Shown here piece by piece: positions 17,612-26,785 of a DNA stretch of 64,000 bases. Where the stretch lies: the NCBI GenBank assembly GCA_034180455.1, contig JAXFOG010000033.1, forward strand, positions 5,140-69,139. Direction: 5' to 3'. The DNA comes from Eubacteriales bacterium (GTDB taxonomy: Bacteria > Bacillota > Clostridia > Christensenellales > Aristaeellaceae). A program made the translations under genes and the position numbers. Under the pieces are notes generated by a model. That model was not told where the DNA came from, searched no databases, and was given only the letters and a program-made list of their open reading frames with translations. How positions within the stretch are numbered: the first letter of the stretch is position 1; every line of letters begins with the position of its first letter.

Positions 17612-20060
17612 TTTTAAATATTCCTTCAACTTCTGTTATATTATCATCAAGCACAGAAACTATAATTGGTAATCCCTTGCCGTTTTTATTCTGAATAGGA
17701 ATATCATCATTACTGATTATGCATGGATTACTTTTACTCTGTTTAATAAACAAGAAATTGTCATTATTAACAATGCGCGAAAATACAATAACTGAGCCAT
17801 TACTTTCATTTTTATAGAATGAAAATAACTTTGATCCTTTAGTATTTCTTCCTTTTTGTGAAATATCTATCAGTGGTATCTGTTTTGCATATCCTTTTTC
17901 TGTAATGAGAAGTAAATTATTTTCTTTTGATAAAATTGCTTCTCCAGAGATTAGATTATCTCCATTATCAAGTTTAATTGCTGAAACACCTTTACTAGTT
18001 CTTGAAATTGATTTAATTTCATCTATACTAAACCTTAAAACATTTCCGTGCTTACTTGTAATTAACACCTCTATACTAGAATTAGATATAAATGCATTTA
18101 TCAGCATGTCATCTTTTCCAAGGTTCATAGAAATAAATTTTGACCTATTGATTAGATATTCTGATAAAGGCGATATTTTTATTATTCCCAATGATGTTAT
18201 TGTTACTACACTTGATGAATTATTATATATTGAAGGGTTTATTATTGAAATAATTTTTTCACCATGTTCAAAATTATCAATTATTGCATTGAGCATTAAT
18301 CCACGATCATTCTTTTTATTTATAGTTGGCAACATACTTGCATCAATATTATAGCAATTTGCTAAGTTTGTAAAAATGAGTAACTTTTCATCACTGTTCA
18401 ATGAAATAGAATCTTTAACAATGTTACTTTCATTAATATCACTCATTTTTATTTCATTAGAATAATCTTTTTTTAAATATTTTTGCAGTTTTTCATCAGA
18501 CGTATAGTCTACAATATATTCTATTACAGGCTCTTTTTCCTCTTCAATTACAATATCGGCTAATTTATCCTTCTCTATACTAGTTCGTCTTGAATCTCCA
18601 TTTTTATTTTTTATTTCATCAAGTTCTTTGATTAGTAATTTCGTCAGTTGAGATTCGCTTGATAATATAGAATTTAAATAGGAGATATCTTTTAATAACT
18701 GAGTATGTTCTTTTTCAATTGCTATCACTTCTAAATTGGTAAGCCTTTGGAGTCTCATTTCAAGTATTGCTTGAGCCTGATATTTATTCAACTCAAATCT
18801 TTCACATAATTTTGCATTGGCTATTTTGGGATTTTTTGACTCTCGAATTACCTTTATTACTTCATCAATATTTTCAAGTGCAATTAAAAAACCATCTAAT
18901 ATATTTAGTCTTGCTTTTGCTTTTTCAAGATCATACTCACTTCTATTAGTAAGTATGCTCTTTTGATGTTGAATATAATAAAAAATGATTTCCTTTAAAT
19001 TCAATTGCTTCGGCTTTCCATCTGCAATAGCAACAATATTTACATTAAAGTTTTTCTCCATTTTTGATTTCTTATAGAGAATAGATAGTACTTGATTTGG
19101 ATCTACATCTTTTTTAGTTTCTATTACAGCTCGCATTCCATTTCTATCGCTCTCATCTCTAATGGAGTATATTTTTCCGCTAAGAGCAGAACCTGATTCT
19201 GTAAGTTTTTGTATACCTTCAAGCATTTCTGATTTGTTTACTTGATAAGGTATTTCAGTAATAACAATTTGAGTCCTTCCTCCTTGAGATGGCTCAAAAT
19301 GAGCTCTTGCACGATTTACTATCTTACCTTTTCCAGTGGAATAAGCTTTCTTTATCTCATCGCTATCTAAAATTATTCCTGCTGTTGGAAAATCTGGGCC
19401 TTTAACATATTGCATCAACTCGTCAATTGTTATTTCTGGATTTTTTAGCATTGCAATAGTTGCGTCTATTGATTCAACAATATTATGTGGAGGAATATTG
19501 GTTGCCAAACCAACAGCTATTCCATTTGAGCCGTTGACTAATAAATTTGGAAATCTAGATGGGAGTAAATCTGGTTCTTGAAGCTCATCTTCAAAGTTTA
19601 ATACAAAAGGAACAGTATTTTTTTCTATATCACTAAGCATTTCTTGGGTAAGTTGGCACATTCTGGCCTCTGTATATCTCATTGCAGCAGGACTGTCCCC
19701 ATCAATGGAACCAAAATTACCATGACCATCTACAAGAGGATATCTCATTGAGAAGTCCTGGGCCATTCTTGTAAGTGCATCATATACCGATGTATCACCA
19801 TGTGGATGGTACTTTCCTAAACAATCACCTACAATTCTTGCACATTTTCTATGGGGTTTGTCAGGGGTTATTGCGAGCTCATACATAGTATACAAGATTC
19901 TTCGCTGTACTGGCTTTAATCCATCTTCAACCCTTGGTAAAGCCCTATCCAAAATAACATGCTCAGCATAAGGAATTATTGATCGATGCATTACATCTTC
20001 CAAAGCTACTTGTGTTATTTTTTCAATAATCTCATCCGAAGTCTTTTTTCTTCTACTCAT
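17595..20060 (-). CDS. parC: Type IIA DNA topoisomerase subunit A (ParC/GyrA family; no GyrA-box seen)
   Basis: 821 aa. RALPRVEDGLKPVQRRILY and AAMRYTE (catalytic Tyr). I could not find a QRRGGKG-type GyrA box in the C-terminal beta-pinwheel region, so I favour topo IV. The symbol is tentative. Confidence 0.8.
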   Translation of the reverse strand: MSRRKKTSDEIIEKITQVALEDVMHRSIIPYAEHVILDRALPRVEDGLKPVQRRILYTMYELAITPDKPHRKCARIVGDCLGKYHPHGDTSVYDALTRMAQDFSMRYPLVDGHGNFGSIDGDSPAAMRYTEARMCQLTQEMLSDIEKNTVPFVLNFEDELQEPDLLPSRFPNLLVNGSNGIAVGLATNIPPHNIVESIDATIAMLKNPEITIDELMQYVKGPDFPTAGIILDSDEIKKAYSTGKGKIVNRARAHFEPSQGGRTQIVITEIPYQVNKSEMLEGIQKLTESGSALSGKIYSIRDESDRNGMRAVIETKKDVDPNQVLSILYKKSKMEKNFNVNIVAIADGKPKQLNLKEIIFYYIQHQKSILTNRSEYDLEKAKARLNILDGFLIALENIDEVIKVIRESKNPKIANAKLCERFELNKYQAQAILEMRLQRLTNLEVIAIEKEHTQLLKDISYLNSILSSESQLTKLLIKELDEIKNKNGDSRRTSIEKDKLADIVIEEEKEPVIEYIVDYTSDEKLQKYLKKDYSNEIKMSDINESNIVKDSISLNSDEKLLIFTNLANCYNIDASMLPTINKKNDRGLMLNAIIDNFEHGEKIISIINPSIYNNSSSVVTITSLGIIKISPLSEYLINRSKFISMNLGKDDMLINAFISNSSIEVLITSKHGNVLRFSIDEIKSISRTSKGVSAIKLDNGDNLISGEAILSKENNLLLITEKGYAKQIPLIDISQKGRNTKGSKLFSFYKNESNGSVIVFSRIVNNDNFLFIKQSKSNPCIISNDDIPIQNKNGKGLPIIVSVLDDNITEVEGIFKNEIIE

Positions 20061-22051
20061 TTCTTATTTGCTCCAACAATTGTATCTTCTATATTTTTAA
20101 AATTATCATTTCTGTTAAAGTTAGCATGTTTTTGAATATATTCTCTTCTTGGGTCAACTTTATCACCCATAAGTACAGAGATAATGTCGCTTGCATATAC
20201 AGCATCTTCAACTGTAACTTGAATCAAATGTCTTTTTGCAGGATCCATAGTTGTTTCCCAAAGCTGTTCAGGATTCATTTCACCAAGGCCCTTGTATCTT
20301 TGTAAACTATACCCTTTTCCATAAAGAGGTATGGTTTTTGCTAATTCATTATCGTCATATATGTATTCAAACTTATCACCTTTAGTAATTTTATATAATG
20401 GGGGAGTACCAATATATACATGACCCTCTGTAATTAAATCTTTCATATATCTATAGAAAAAAGTTAGTAAAATTGCCCTTATATGAGCTCCATCTTGATC
20501 AGCATCAGATAAAATGACAACCTTATTATAATTTAACTGACCAATATCAAAATCATCTCTTATTCCTGTACCAAGAGCAGTTATTATTGATCTTATCTCG
20601 TTATTTTCAAGCACAACTTCGAGTTTCTTTTTTTCAATGTTTAAAGGCTTACCTCTTAAAGGAAGTATGGCTTGGAAATGTCTGTCTCGACCTTGTTTTG
20701 CACTACCGCCTGCGGAGTCACCTTCTACAATGAAAAGTTCATTTTTTGATGGATTTCTCCCTGTACAAGAGGATAATTTACCTACTAGAGGTGTGACATC
20801 TAACTCGCTTTGTGCACGTATAAGCATTTTTGTTTTTCTAAGTTTTTCTCTAATACGAGATGCTTTTATTGATTTTTCAACAATTTTGCTTAATGTTTCT
20901 GCATTGCCTAGATTCTCAAAAAATAAAGATAATTTGTCGTAAACTATATTCTCAACAGTAGATCGTATTTCGGTATTTATTAATTTGCCCTTAACTTGAC
21001 CTTCAAATTGAGGGTTTTTAAGCAGAATACTTAATACAGCGACTAGTCCCTCTCTTATATCTTCTCCAATGATCTTATCTTTATCTTTAATAAAATTATT
21101 TTTCTTTGCGAACTCATTAATCACTTTTGTGTACGCAGTCTTAAATGCTATCTCATGGGTTCCTCCATCTGGGGTAGGAATGTTGTTTGCATAGGAATAA
21201 AATTCCTCACTGTAATCCTCTGAATATTGTAGACAAGCTTTGATTTTTAGATCATTTTGTTCAGCTTCAAAGTATATAGGTGAATTCAATTTTGTTTCTT
21301 TATCTCTTGTAAGATATGACATTAAATCCTTTATCCCGTTCTTTTGATGGTAAATTATATCTCGTATATTTTCATTTGTACCTGGGGCTCCAATTGGCCG
21401 TAAATCAACAAGTGAAAGTCTTATATTATCAATCAAAAATGATAGGTCGTGTAAACGTCTATTGATTGTTTCAATATTAAAAATAGTTGTATCAAATACA
21501 TCGGCATCTGGCAAAAAAGTAACTTTTGTTCCTCTTTTTCTTGTTTTACCAACATTAACGAGCCCCTCTTTTGATTTGCCTATCTGCATCTTCCCATTAT
21601 TATCGATATAGCTTTCAAATTTAATAAAGTAATGCTCGTAGTCTCTATATACATCAACTGTAAGCCATTTTGATAGTGCATTGACTACGGAAGCACCAAC
21701 TCCATGTAAACCTCCAGAATATGTATAATTATCATTATTAAATTTTCCACCAGCATGTAAATGAGTATATATAACTTCAACGCCGGAAATTTTAAGTGTA
21801 GGATGTAAATCTACTGGAATGCCTCTTCCGTTATCTTCAATAGTAACAGAACCATCACCATTTATAGTGAGTTTTATACCATCAGCATATCCAGCCATAG
21901 CTTCGTCAATAGAATTATCTAATATTTCCCAGATTAAGTGATGAAGTCCTCTTACACCAGTATTGTTTATATACATACCAGGTCTTAATCTTACAGGATC
22001 AAGACCCTCTAGTACTTGTAAATTACTTGCAGTATAGCTATTGTTATTCAT
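20057..22051 (-). CDS. parE: Type IIA DNA topoisomerase subunit B (ParE/GyrB family)
   Basis: 664 aa. GHKL ATPase motifs (EILDNSIDEA; GLHGVGASVVNALS), Toprim EGDSAGGSA, PLRGK. ATGA overlap with subunit A. Confidence 0.85.
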   Translation of the reverse strand: MNNNSYTASNLQVLEGLDPVRLRPGMYINNTGVRGLHHLIWEILDNSIDEAMAGYADGIKLTINGDGSVTIEDNGRGIPVDLHPTLKISGVEVIYTHLHAGGKFNNDNYTYSGGLHGVGASVVNALSKWLTVDVYRDYEHYFIKFESYIDNNGKMQIGKSKEGLVNVGKTRKRGTKVTFLPDADVFDTTIFNIETINRRLHDLSFLIDNIRLSLVDLRPIGAPGTNENIRDIIYHQKNGIKDLMSYLTRDKETKLNSPIYFEAEQNDLKIKACLQYSEDYSEEFYSYANNIPTPDGGTHEIAFKTAYTKVINEFAKKNNFIKDKDKIIGEDIREGLVAVLSILLKNPQFEGQVKGKLINTEIRSTVENIVYDKLSLFFENLGNAETLSKIVEKSIKASRIREKLRKTKMLIRAQSELDVTPLVGKLSSCTGRNPSKNELFIVEGDSAGGSAKQGRDRHFQAILPLRGKPLNIEKKKLEVVLENNEIRSIITALGTGIRDDFDIGQLNYNKVVILSDADQDGAHIRAILLTFFYRYMKDLITEGHVYIGTPPLYKITKGDKFEYIYDDNELAKTIPLYGKGYSLQRYKGLGEMNPEQLWETTMDPAKRHLIQVTVEDAVYASDIISVLMGDKVDPRREYIQKHANFNRNDNFKNIEDTIVGANKK

Positions 22052-22111
22052 ATTTCACCTCAAATATATCATTATTTATTATACAATATTTAAAAAAATT
22101 TGTCTTTACCT

Positions 22112-22140
22112 ATTGTTATTAATTTAAATTAATGATATAA
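22112..22140 (+). promoter_or_regulatory. Candidate sigma-A promoter for rplS-rpmB
   Basis: TTGTTA (22112-22117), 17 nt, TGaTATAAT (TG 22132-22133, -10 at 22135-22140). Confidence 0.5.
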
Positions 22141-22146
22141 TATTCT

Positions 22147-22213
22147 CCGTGACTAACAGGCGGTCCGCTGTATCAAATACATGAACGTCGAATATTAGGA
22201 AGGAGGCCACACG
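22147..22213 (+). promoter_or_regulatory. GC-enriched 5' leader of rplS (possible L19 autoregulatory leader)
   Basis: TCTCCGTGACTAACAGGCGGTCCGCTGTATC...AGGAAGGAGGCC is markedly more GC-rich than the surrounding intergenic DNA. L19 leaders are known upstream of rplS in low-GC Gram-positives, but I cannot verify the fold by eye. Confidence 0.2.
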
Positions 22214-22564
22214 ATGAGCGAGATTATCCGTTCAATTGAAAATGAACAACTGCGTAAGGATGTACCAAGCTTTAATGTTGGAGATACAGTTTGTGTATAT
22301 GTTAAGGTAGTTGAGGGCACCAGAGAACGTTTGCAGGCTTTTGAAGGAACAGTAATTGCAAAGCGTAATGGTGGAATTCGTGAGACTTTTACAGTTAGAA
22401 GATTATCATATGGCATTGGTGTTGAGCGTACATTCCCTGTACATTCACCAAGAGTTGATAGAGTAGAAGTTATTCGCAAAGGTAGAGTAAGAAGGGCAAA
22501 GCTCTATTATATTAGAGATTTGCAGGGTAAGGCTGCTAAAATTAAAGAAGCCAAGAGGATATAA
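22214..22564 (+). CDS. rplS: 50S ribosomal protein L19
   Basis: 116 aa. [44 protein letters not shown] is a canonical L19 sequence. Confidence 0.97.
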   Translation: MSEIIRSIENEQLRKDVPSFNVGDTVCVYVKVVEGTRERLQAFEGTVIAKRNGGIRETFTVRRLSYGIGVERTFPVHSPRVDRVEVIRKGRVRRAKLYYIRDLQGKAAKIKEAKRI

Positions 22565-22584
22565 TACACAAGGAGGCATAAGAC

Positions 22585-22812
22585 ATGGGCAAGTTTTGTG
22601 AAATTTGCAATAAAGGTACGATGTCTGGTCATAAAGTGAGCCATTCTGCTAGAAAGAGCAATCGCAAGTGGGCTCCAAACATTCAGAGCGTTCGTATTGA
22701 GAAAAATGGAAGTGTTAGACGTGCAAATGTTTGTACAAGTTGTCTGCGTAGTGGTGCTGTGACTCGTGCATTGCCTCGCGTTTCATCTGTACAAGATAAA
22801 ACAGAAGAGTAG
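22585..22812 (+). CDS. rpmB: 50S ribosomal protein L28 (Zn-ribbon C+ form)
   Basis: 75 aa. MGKFCEICNKGTMSGHKVSHSARKSNRKWAPNIQ, with CxxC...CxxC retained. Confidence 0.9.
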   Translation: MGKFCEICNKGTMSGHKVSHSARKSNRKWAPNIQSVRIEKNGSVRRANVCTSCLRSGAVTRALPRVSSVQDKTEE

Positions 22813-22825
22813 AACTTCTAATTAT

Positions 22826-22853
22826 AAAAAAACTCGCTTAAGCGAGTTTTTTT
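22826..22853. terminator. Bidirectional intrinsic terminator (rpmB / hpf)
   Basis: AAAAAACTCGCTTAAGCGAGTTTTTTT. A perfect hairpin flanked by an A run and a T run. Confidence 0.85.
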
Positions 22854-22875
22854 GTTGTTATTATAATTAAATAAA

Positions 22876-23412
22876 TTAATTTTCGGGTTCTAGAAGACCT
22901 AATGAGCCATCTTTTCTTAAATAAAGTACGTTCGTATTATTCGTGTCAGAATCAACATAAATATAAAAACTATGACCTAGTAATTCCATTTGTAATATTG
23001 CATCTTCCAGAGACATTGGACGTACTGGATATAACTTTCTCCTTTTTATTTCTTTTTTCTCGTCAAAATCAACATCTTCAATAAACTCATAATCATTTAG
23101 CATTACTGACTCTTGTCTTATTCTATCGCCAAGCTTATCTTTATGCTTATGAATTTGTCGTTCGATTTTAGATAAAGCACTATCTATTGCAATGAATAAA
23201 TTATCATCACTTATTGATTCTGCTCTAAGAATTGTACCCCTCATAGGAACCGTAATTTCTACCTTTTTTCTTTTACCATTATCTTTAGATATATGTACAC
23301 TAATTTCAGTGTCAGGATTTAGATAGCGGTACATCTTTTCAGTCTTTTTTAAAATTCTATTGCTTATTCCTGGAGTAATTACAGTGCTTTTTGAAAAAAT
23401 CTTTGTATTCAT
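22876..23412 (-). CDS. hpf: Ribosome hibernation promoting factor, long form
   Basis: 178 aa from ATG 23412 (GGAGG 8 nt upstream). It has an S30AE/RaiA N-domain (KVEITVPMRGTILRAE...AIDSALSKIERQIHKHKDKL) plus a C-terminal dimerisation domain. Confidence 0.9.
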   Translation of the reverse strand: MNTKIFSKSTVITPGISNRILKKTEKMYRYLNPDTEISVHISKDNGKRKKVEITVPMRGTILRAESISDDNLFIAIDSALSKIERQIHKHKDKLGDRIRQESVMLNDYEFIEDVDFDEKKEIKRRKLYPVRPMSLEDAILQMELLGHSFYIYVDSDTNNTNVLYLRKDGSLGLLEPEN

Positions 23413-23480
23413 AATTAGTACCTCCATAATTAATTGTTCTCTATATATTTTTATTCTACATAAGAGAGCATTATCCTTTT

Positions 23481-23510
23481 AAAAAAAAGCAACAGAAATC
23501 TGTTGCTTTT
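23481..23510 (-). terminator. Intrinsic terminator after rubredoxin
   Basis: On the minus strand AAAAGCAACAG-ATTT-CTGTTGC is followed by TTTTTTTT. Confidence 0.8.
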
Positions 23511-23517
23511 AATGTTG

Positions 23518-23676
23518 TTATTCTTGAACGCTGAACATATCTTTACCAACGCCACATAATGGGCATTCAAAATCTTCAGGTAGATCTTCCCATTTTGTGC
23601 CTGGTTCAATACCGTGATCGAGATCGCCCTCGTCCTCGTCGTAAACATAACCGCATACATCACATACGTAAACCAT
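23518..23676 (-). CDS. Rubredoxin
   Basis: 52 aa from ATG 23676 (GGAGGAAACT SD). [18 protein letters not shown]...[20 protein letters not shown] has both CxxCG knuckles. The longer track ORF is an upstream extension. Confidence 0.95.
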   Translation of the reverse strand: MVYVCDVCGYVYDEDEGDLDHGIEPGTKWEDLPEDFECPLCGVGKDMFSVQE

Positions 23677-23698
23677 AGTTTCCTCCAAAATAAATTTA

Positions 23699-24073
23699 TT
23701 ACAGAATTGTTTTCCAAAGCCCATGAAGATTGCAATATTCATAGGCTGCAACAACCTCGTCGCCGTCAACGATTGAGAAACAAGCTTCCGGAGTCTCACC
23801 TGGCTTTAGCTCTTTTCTCTGATTGCCTTGTTTTGTTTCAAGAGCAATCCAATGAATGTAGTGTTCATCCATCATAGGATGAGCTACGCTCCCAACTTTA
23901 ACATGTATGGTATTTCCGTTTACTTCTACAACAGGTAAATGTTTTTCATTACCAACATCCTGAGTGTGGGGTACCAATTCTTTCATTTTCTCTCCACAGC
24001 ATGAAACAGATGGTCCAGCTGCATGAGCAAATGCAATGATATTTTTGCAGTGATCGCAAATATAAAACTTCAT
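23699..24073 (-). CDS. dfx: Desulfoferrodoxin (2Fe superoxide reductase)
   Basis: 124 aa from ATG 24073 (AGGAGG SD). It has an N-terminal desulforedoxin-type CDHC...CC centre and a C-terminal SOR domain (EKHLPVV...HPM..EHYIHWI...YCNLHGLW). Confidence 0.9.
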   Translation of the reverse strand: MKFYICDHCKNIIAFAHAAGPSVSCCGEKMKELVPHTQDVGNEKHLPVVEVNGNTIHVKVGSVAHPMMDEHYIHWIALETKQGNQRKELKPGETPEACFSIVDGDEVVAAYEYCNLHGLWKTIL

Positions 24074-24119
24074 ATAAATATGCCTCCTATTGTTCTTATA
24101 TTTAGAATATAAACTAAAA

Positions 24120-25337
24120 TTAAGAATTTGAAACACTGTTTATTGAATTGGTTATATTCTCTGCCAACTGAACAATTTGATTAAAATTATTTTCATCAGC
24201 CCTAGATTTCAAAGTAATTATAGGATCAATAATGCTCCAATTTTTTAGTGTATCAACTTTTTCGGAAATTAATTTAGCAGATTGAGGTGCCCAACTACCA
24301 TTTTCAACTATTGATAGTTTTCTATTACAAATATTATGGCTAACAATTTCACTTAACAGAAATTCCATGGCGGGGAATAAGCCATTGCTATATGTTGAAG
24401 ACAACAATATAACATTTGAACATCTAAATATTTCTGAAATTATATATGAGAAATGTGTTTTAGAACAGTCCAAGACGCTTAGATTTTTAATTCCATTTTC
24501 TGATAATTTTTGAGATAATAGATCAGCAGCTTCTTGAGTTCTTCCATAAATTGAACCATAAACGATACATGCTGTCTGTTCTTCTGGCGTATATGAAGCC
24601 CATTTTTTGTAATACTCAATAATAGTACTTAAATTTTCTCTCCATATTGGACCATGTAAAGGACAAATCATATTAATTTCAAGATCAGATACTTTTTTTA
24701 ATAATGCCAAGGTCTGAAATCCATACTTTCCAACTATATTCGAATAATATCTTCTTGCTTCGGAAATATATTTCTCTTTATATGCAATTTCATCATGAAA
24801 TAAGTTACCGTTTAAAGCTCCAAATGATCCAAATGCATCAGCTGAAAAAAGAACTTTCATGCTATTGCAATAAGTATTCATTACTTCAGGCCAATGAACC
24901 ATAGGTGCAAAGTAAAATGTAAATTCATGTTTACCAGTGCTAAATGTATCTTTCTCTTTAACAGTTATAAAGCTACTATCATTCACTTCGGGATAAAATT
25001 GCTTAAATAATTTATAAGTTTTTGCATTTCCAATAAACTTTAAATTTGGGTAAAGAAGCAAAAGTTCAATTAATCCAGCACAATGATCTGGTTCCATATG
25101 ATTTATAATAGCATAATCAAGGTTCTTTTCACCTAGAATAGACTTAATATTTTCAATGAATCTAGGAACAACAGATGAGTCAACACCATCAATAATAGTA
25201 TTTTTATCATCAAGTACCAGATACGAATTATATGAAATACCTTCTGGAATAGGATATGCATTTTCAAAAAGCTCTAAACGCCTATCACTTGCACCTACCC
25301 AATAAAGGTCATTTGAAATTTTTATAGAAGTATTCAT
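24120..25337 (-). CDS. fprA: Flavodiiron protein (FprA / rubredoxin:oxygen oxidoreductase type)
   Basis: 405 aa. Metallo-beta-lactamase-like diiron domain (INHMEPDHCAG) plus a C-terminal flavodoxin-like domain. Confidence 0.85.
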   Translation of the reverse strand: MNTSIKISNDLYWVGASDRRLELFENAYPIPEGISYNSYLVLDDKNTIIDGVDSSVVPRFIENIKSILGEKNLDYAIINHMEPDHCAGLIELLLLYPNLKFIGNAKTYKLFKQFYPEVNDSSFITVKEKDTFSTGKHEFTFYFAPMVHWPEVMNTYCNSMKVLFSADAFGSFGALNGNLFHDEIAYKEKYISEARRYYSNIVGKYGFQTLALLKKVSDLEINMICPLHGPIWRENLSTIIEYYKKWASYTPEEQTACIVYGSIYGRTQEAADLLSQKLSENGIKNLSVLDCSKTHFSYIISEIFRCSNVILLSSTYSNGLFPAMEFLLSEIVSHNICNRKLSIVENGSWAPQSAKLISEKVDTLKNWSIIDPIITLKSRADENNFNQIVQLAENITNSINSVSNS

Positions 25338-25345
25338 CTTTTCTC

Positions 25346-26770
25346 CTAAACAGGCATAACCTTTTCATCTTCTTTAAGCAAAGTCCTATCAATACCTAAG
25401 TCTCTTGCTTGTCTATACTGGAAGAATTTAGTTGCAACCTGTGGGAACAATGCATAACTCAAAATATCTTCTTCCTGTGTATAATATTCTCTTACTTCGT
25501 CACGTAGTTTTTCAAGCTCAGGTGGTAAATCATCAGCTGGTCTATGAGTTATTACTGGAGTATCACCAAGTATCTTCTTTCTGAAGTTCTCATCAATTTT
25601 TCCAGGAAGCTTACCATATTCACCAGCAAGTAAGCCTTTACTTTCTTTGGTAACGTTTTTATACCTTTCACCATAAATTACATTCATAACTGCTTGTGTA
25701 CCAACAATTTGACTTGTAGGAGTTACAAGTGGGGGATACCCAAAATCTTTTCTTACTCTAGGTACTTCAGCCAAAACTTCAGCATATTTATCAAGTGCAT
25801 TTAGTTGCTTTAATTGACCAATTAGATTTGAAAGCATTCCACCAGGAACTTGATATTTTAGTGCATTTACATCAACAGAAAGAACTTTTTGTGGATCTCT
25901 GAAGCCATCTTTTGTAAGTCTATCTGCTACTTTTTTGAAATGATCGCCTATTTCGGACAGTAAATTTAAATCAAGTCCGGTATCATATTCAGTACCTTGT
26001 AATGCAGCTACAATTGTTTCAGTCGGTGGTTGTGATGTACCACCACCAAGAGCAGAAATAGCTGTGTCAATAACATCTACACCAGCCTCAATTGCTTTAA
26101 GGTAGTCCATACTGCCAGTACCTGTAGTGTTATGGGTATGAAGAACAATAGGGAGATCTGTCTCGCTTTTTAGTCTTTTTACTAATGAATATGCTTCGTA
26201 TGGCAAAATAAGATTTGCCATATCTTTTATACAAATAATATCGGCACCAAGCTCAGCATATTCCAGGGCGAACTTAACAAAATAATCTTCTGTATGTAGT
26301 GGAGATTTTGTATAACTTATTGCAACCTCGCACTTTTTTTCGCCATTATAAAGCTCTTTGCTATATTTATTTGTTGATTTAATTGCTTGTGAAAGGTTTC
26401 TTGGATCGTTCAAAGCATCAAATATTCTGATAATATCTATACCATTTTCTAATGATTTTTTTACAAAGAAATCAACAACATCATCAGAATAATGCCTATA
26501 CCCTAAAATGTTTTGCCCTCTAAAAAGCATTTGAAGCTTAGTGTTGGGCAAAGCCTTTCTAAGTGTTCTTAATCTTTCCCATGGATCTTCGTTTAGAAAT
26601 CTAAGGCAAGCATCAAAAGTAGCACCGCCCCAGCATTCTAATGAATAATATCCGACTTTATCTAATTTATCACAAATAGGCAACATCTCACTTGTGCGCA
26701 TTCTTGTTGCAGCTTGAGATTGATGTGCATCTCTTAGTATAGTATCTGTTATACCTACTCTATGTGGCAT
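25346..26770 (-). CDS. 5S-type carboxyltransferase subunit (oxaloacetate decarboxylase alpha / pyruvate carboxylase subunit B-like), without biotinyl domain
   Basis: 474 aa. ITDTILRDAHQS...ECWGGATFDACLRFLNEDPWERL...HTHNTTG motifs of the HMGL-like/PYC_OADA carboxyltransferase. It ends without an AMKM biotinyl domain. Confidence 0.85.
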   Translation of the reverse strand: MPHRVGITDTILRDAHQSQAATRMRTSEMLPICDKLDKVGYYSLECWGGATFDACLRFLNEDPWERLRTLRKALPNTKLQMLFRGQNILGYRHYSDDVVDFFVKKSLENGIDIIRIFDALNDPRNLSQAIKSTNKYSKELYNGEKKCEVAISYTKSPLHTEDYFVKFALEYAELGADIICIKDMANLILPYEAYSLVKRLKSETDLPIVLHTHNTTGTGSMDYLKAIEAGVDVIDTAISALGGGTSQPPTETIVAALQGTEYDTGLDLNLLSEIGDHFKKVADRLTKDGFRDPQKVLSVDVNALKYQVPGGMLSNLIGQLKQLNALDKYAEVLAEVPRVRKDFGYPPLVTPTSQIVGTQAVMNVIYGERYKNVTKESKGLLAGEYGKLPGKIDENFRKKILGDTPVITHRPADDLPPELEKLRDEVREYYTQEEDILSYALFPQVATKFFQYRQARDLGIDRTLLKEDEKVMPV

Positions 26771-26785
26771 ATAATTATTTCCTCC

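Noticed and set aside
17905-18354. 149-aa ORF antisense to the parC-like gene (and the many other 60-110 aa track ORFs nested in annotated genes)
   Set aside because: These are nested antisense or off-frame ORFs within confidently identified genes, with no ribosome-binding sites. I treat them as non-coding.
17595-22051. Calling the type IIA topoisomerase pair gyrB/gyrA
   Set aside because: There is no dnaA/dnaN/recF context and I see no GyrA box, so I labelled it ParE/ParC-like. This stays tentative without seeing the rest of the genome.
22214-22812. Elevated GC of rplS/rpmB (also fba, pta-ackA, rbr) as evidence of horizontal transfer
   Set aside because: These are classic highly expressed genes. 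Preference for C-ending codons and amino-acid composition explains the shift, and ribosomal proteins are unlikely transfer cargo.
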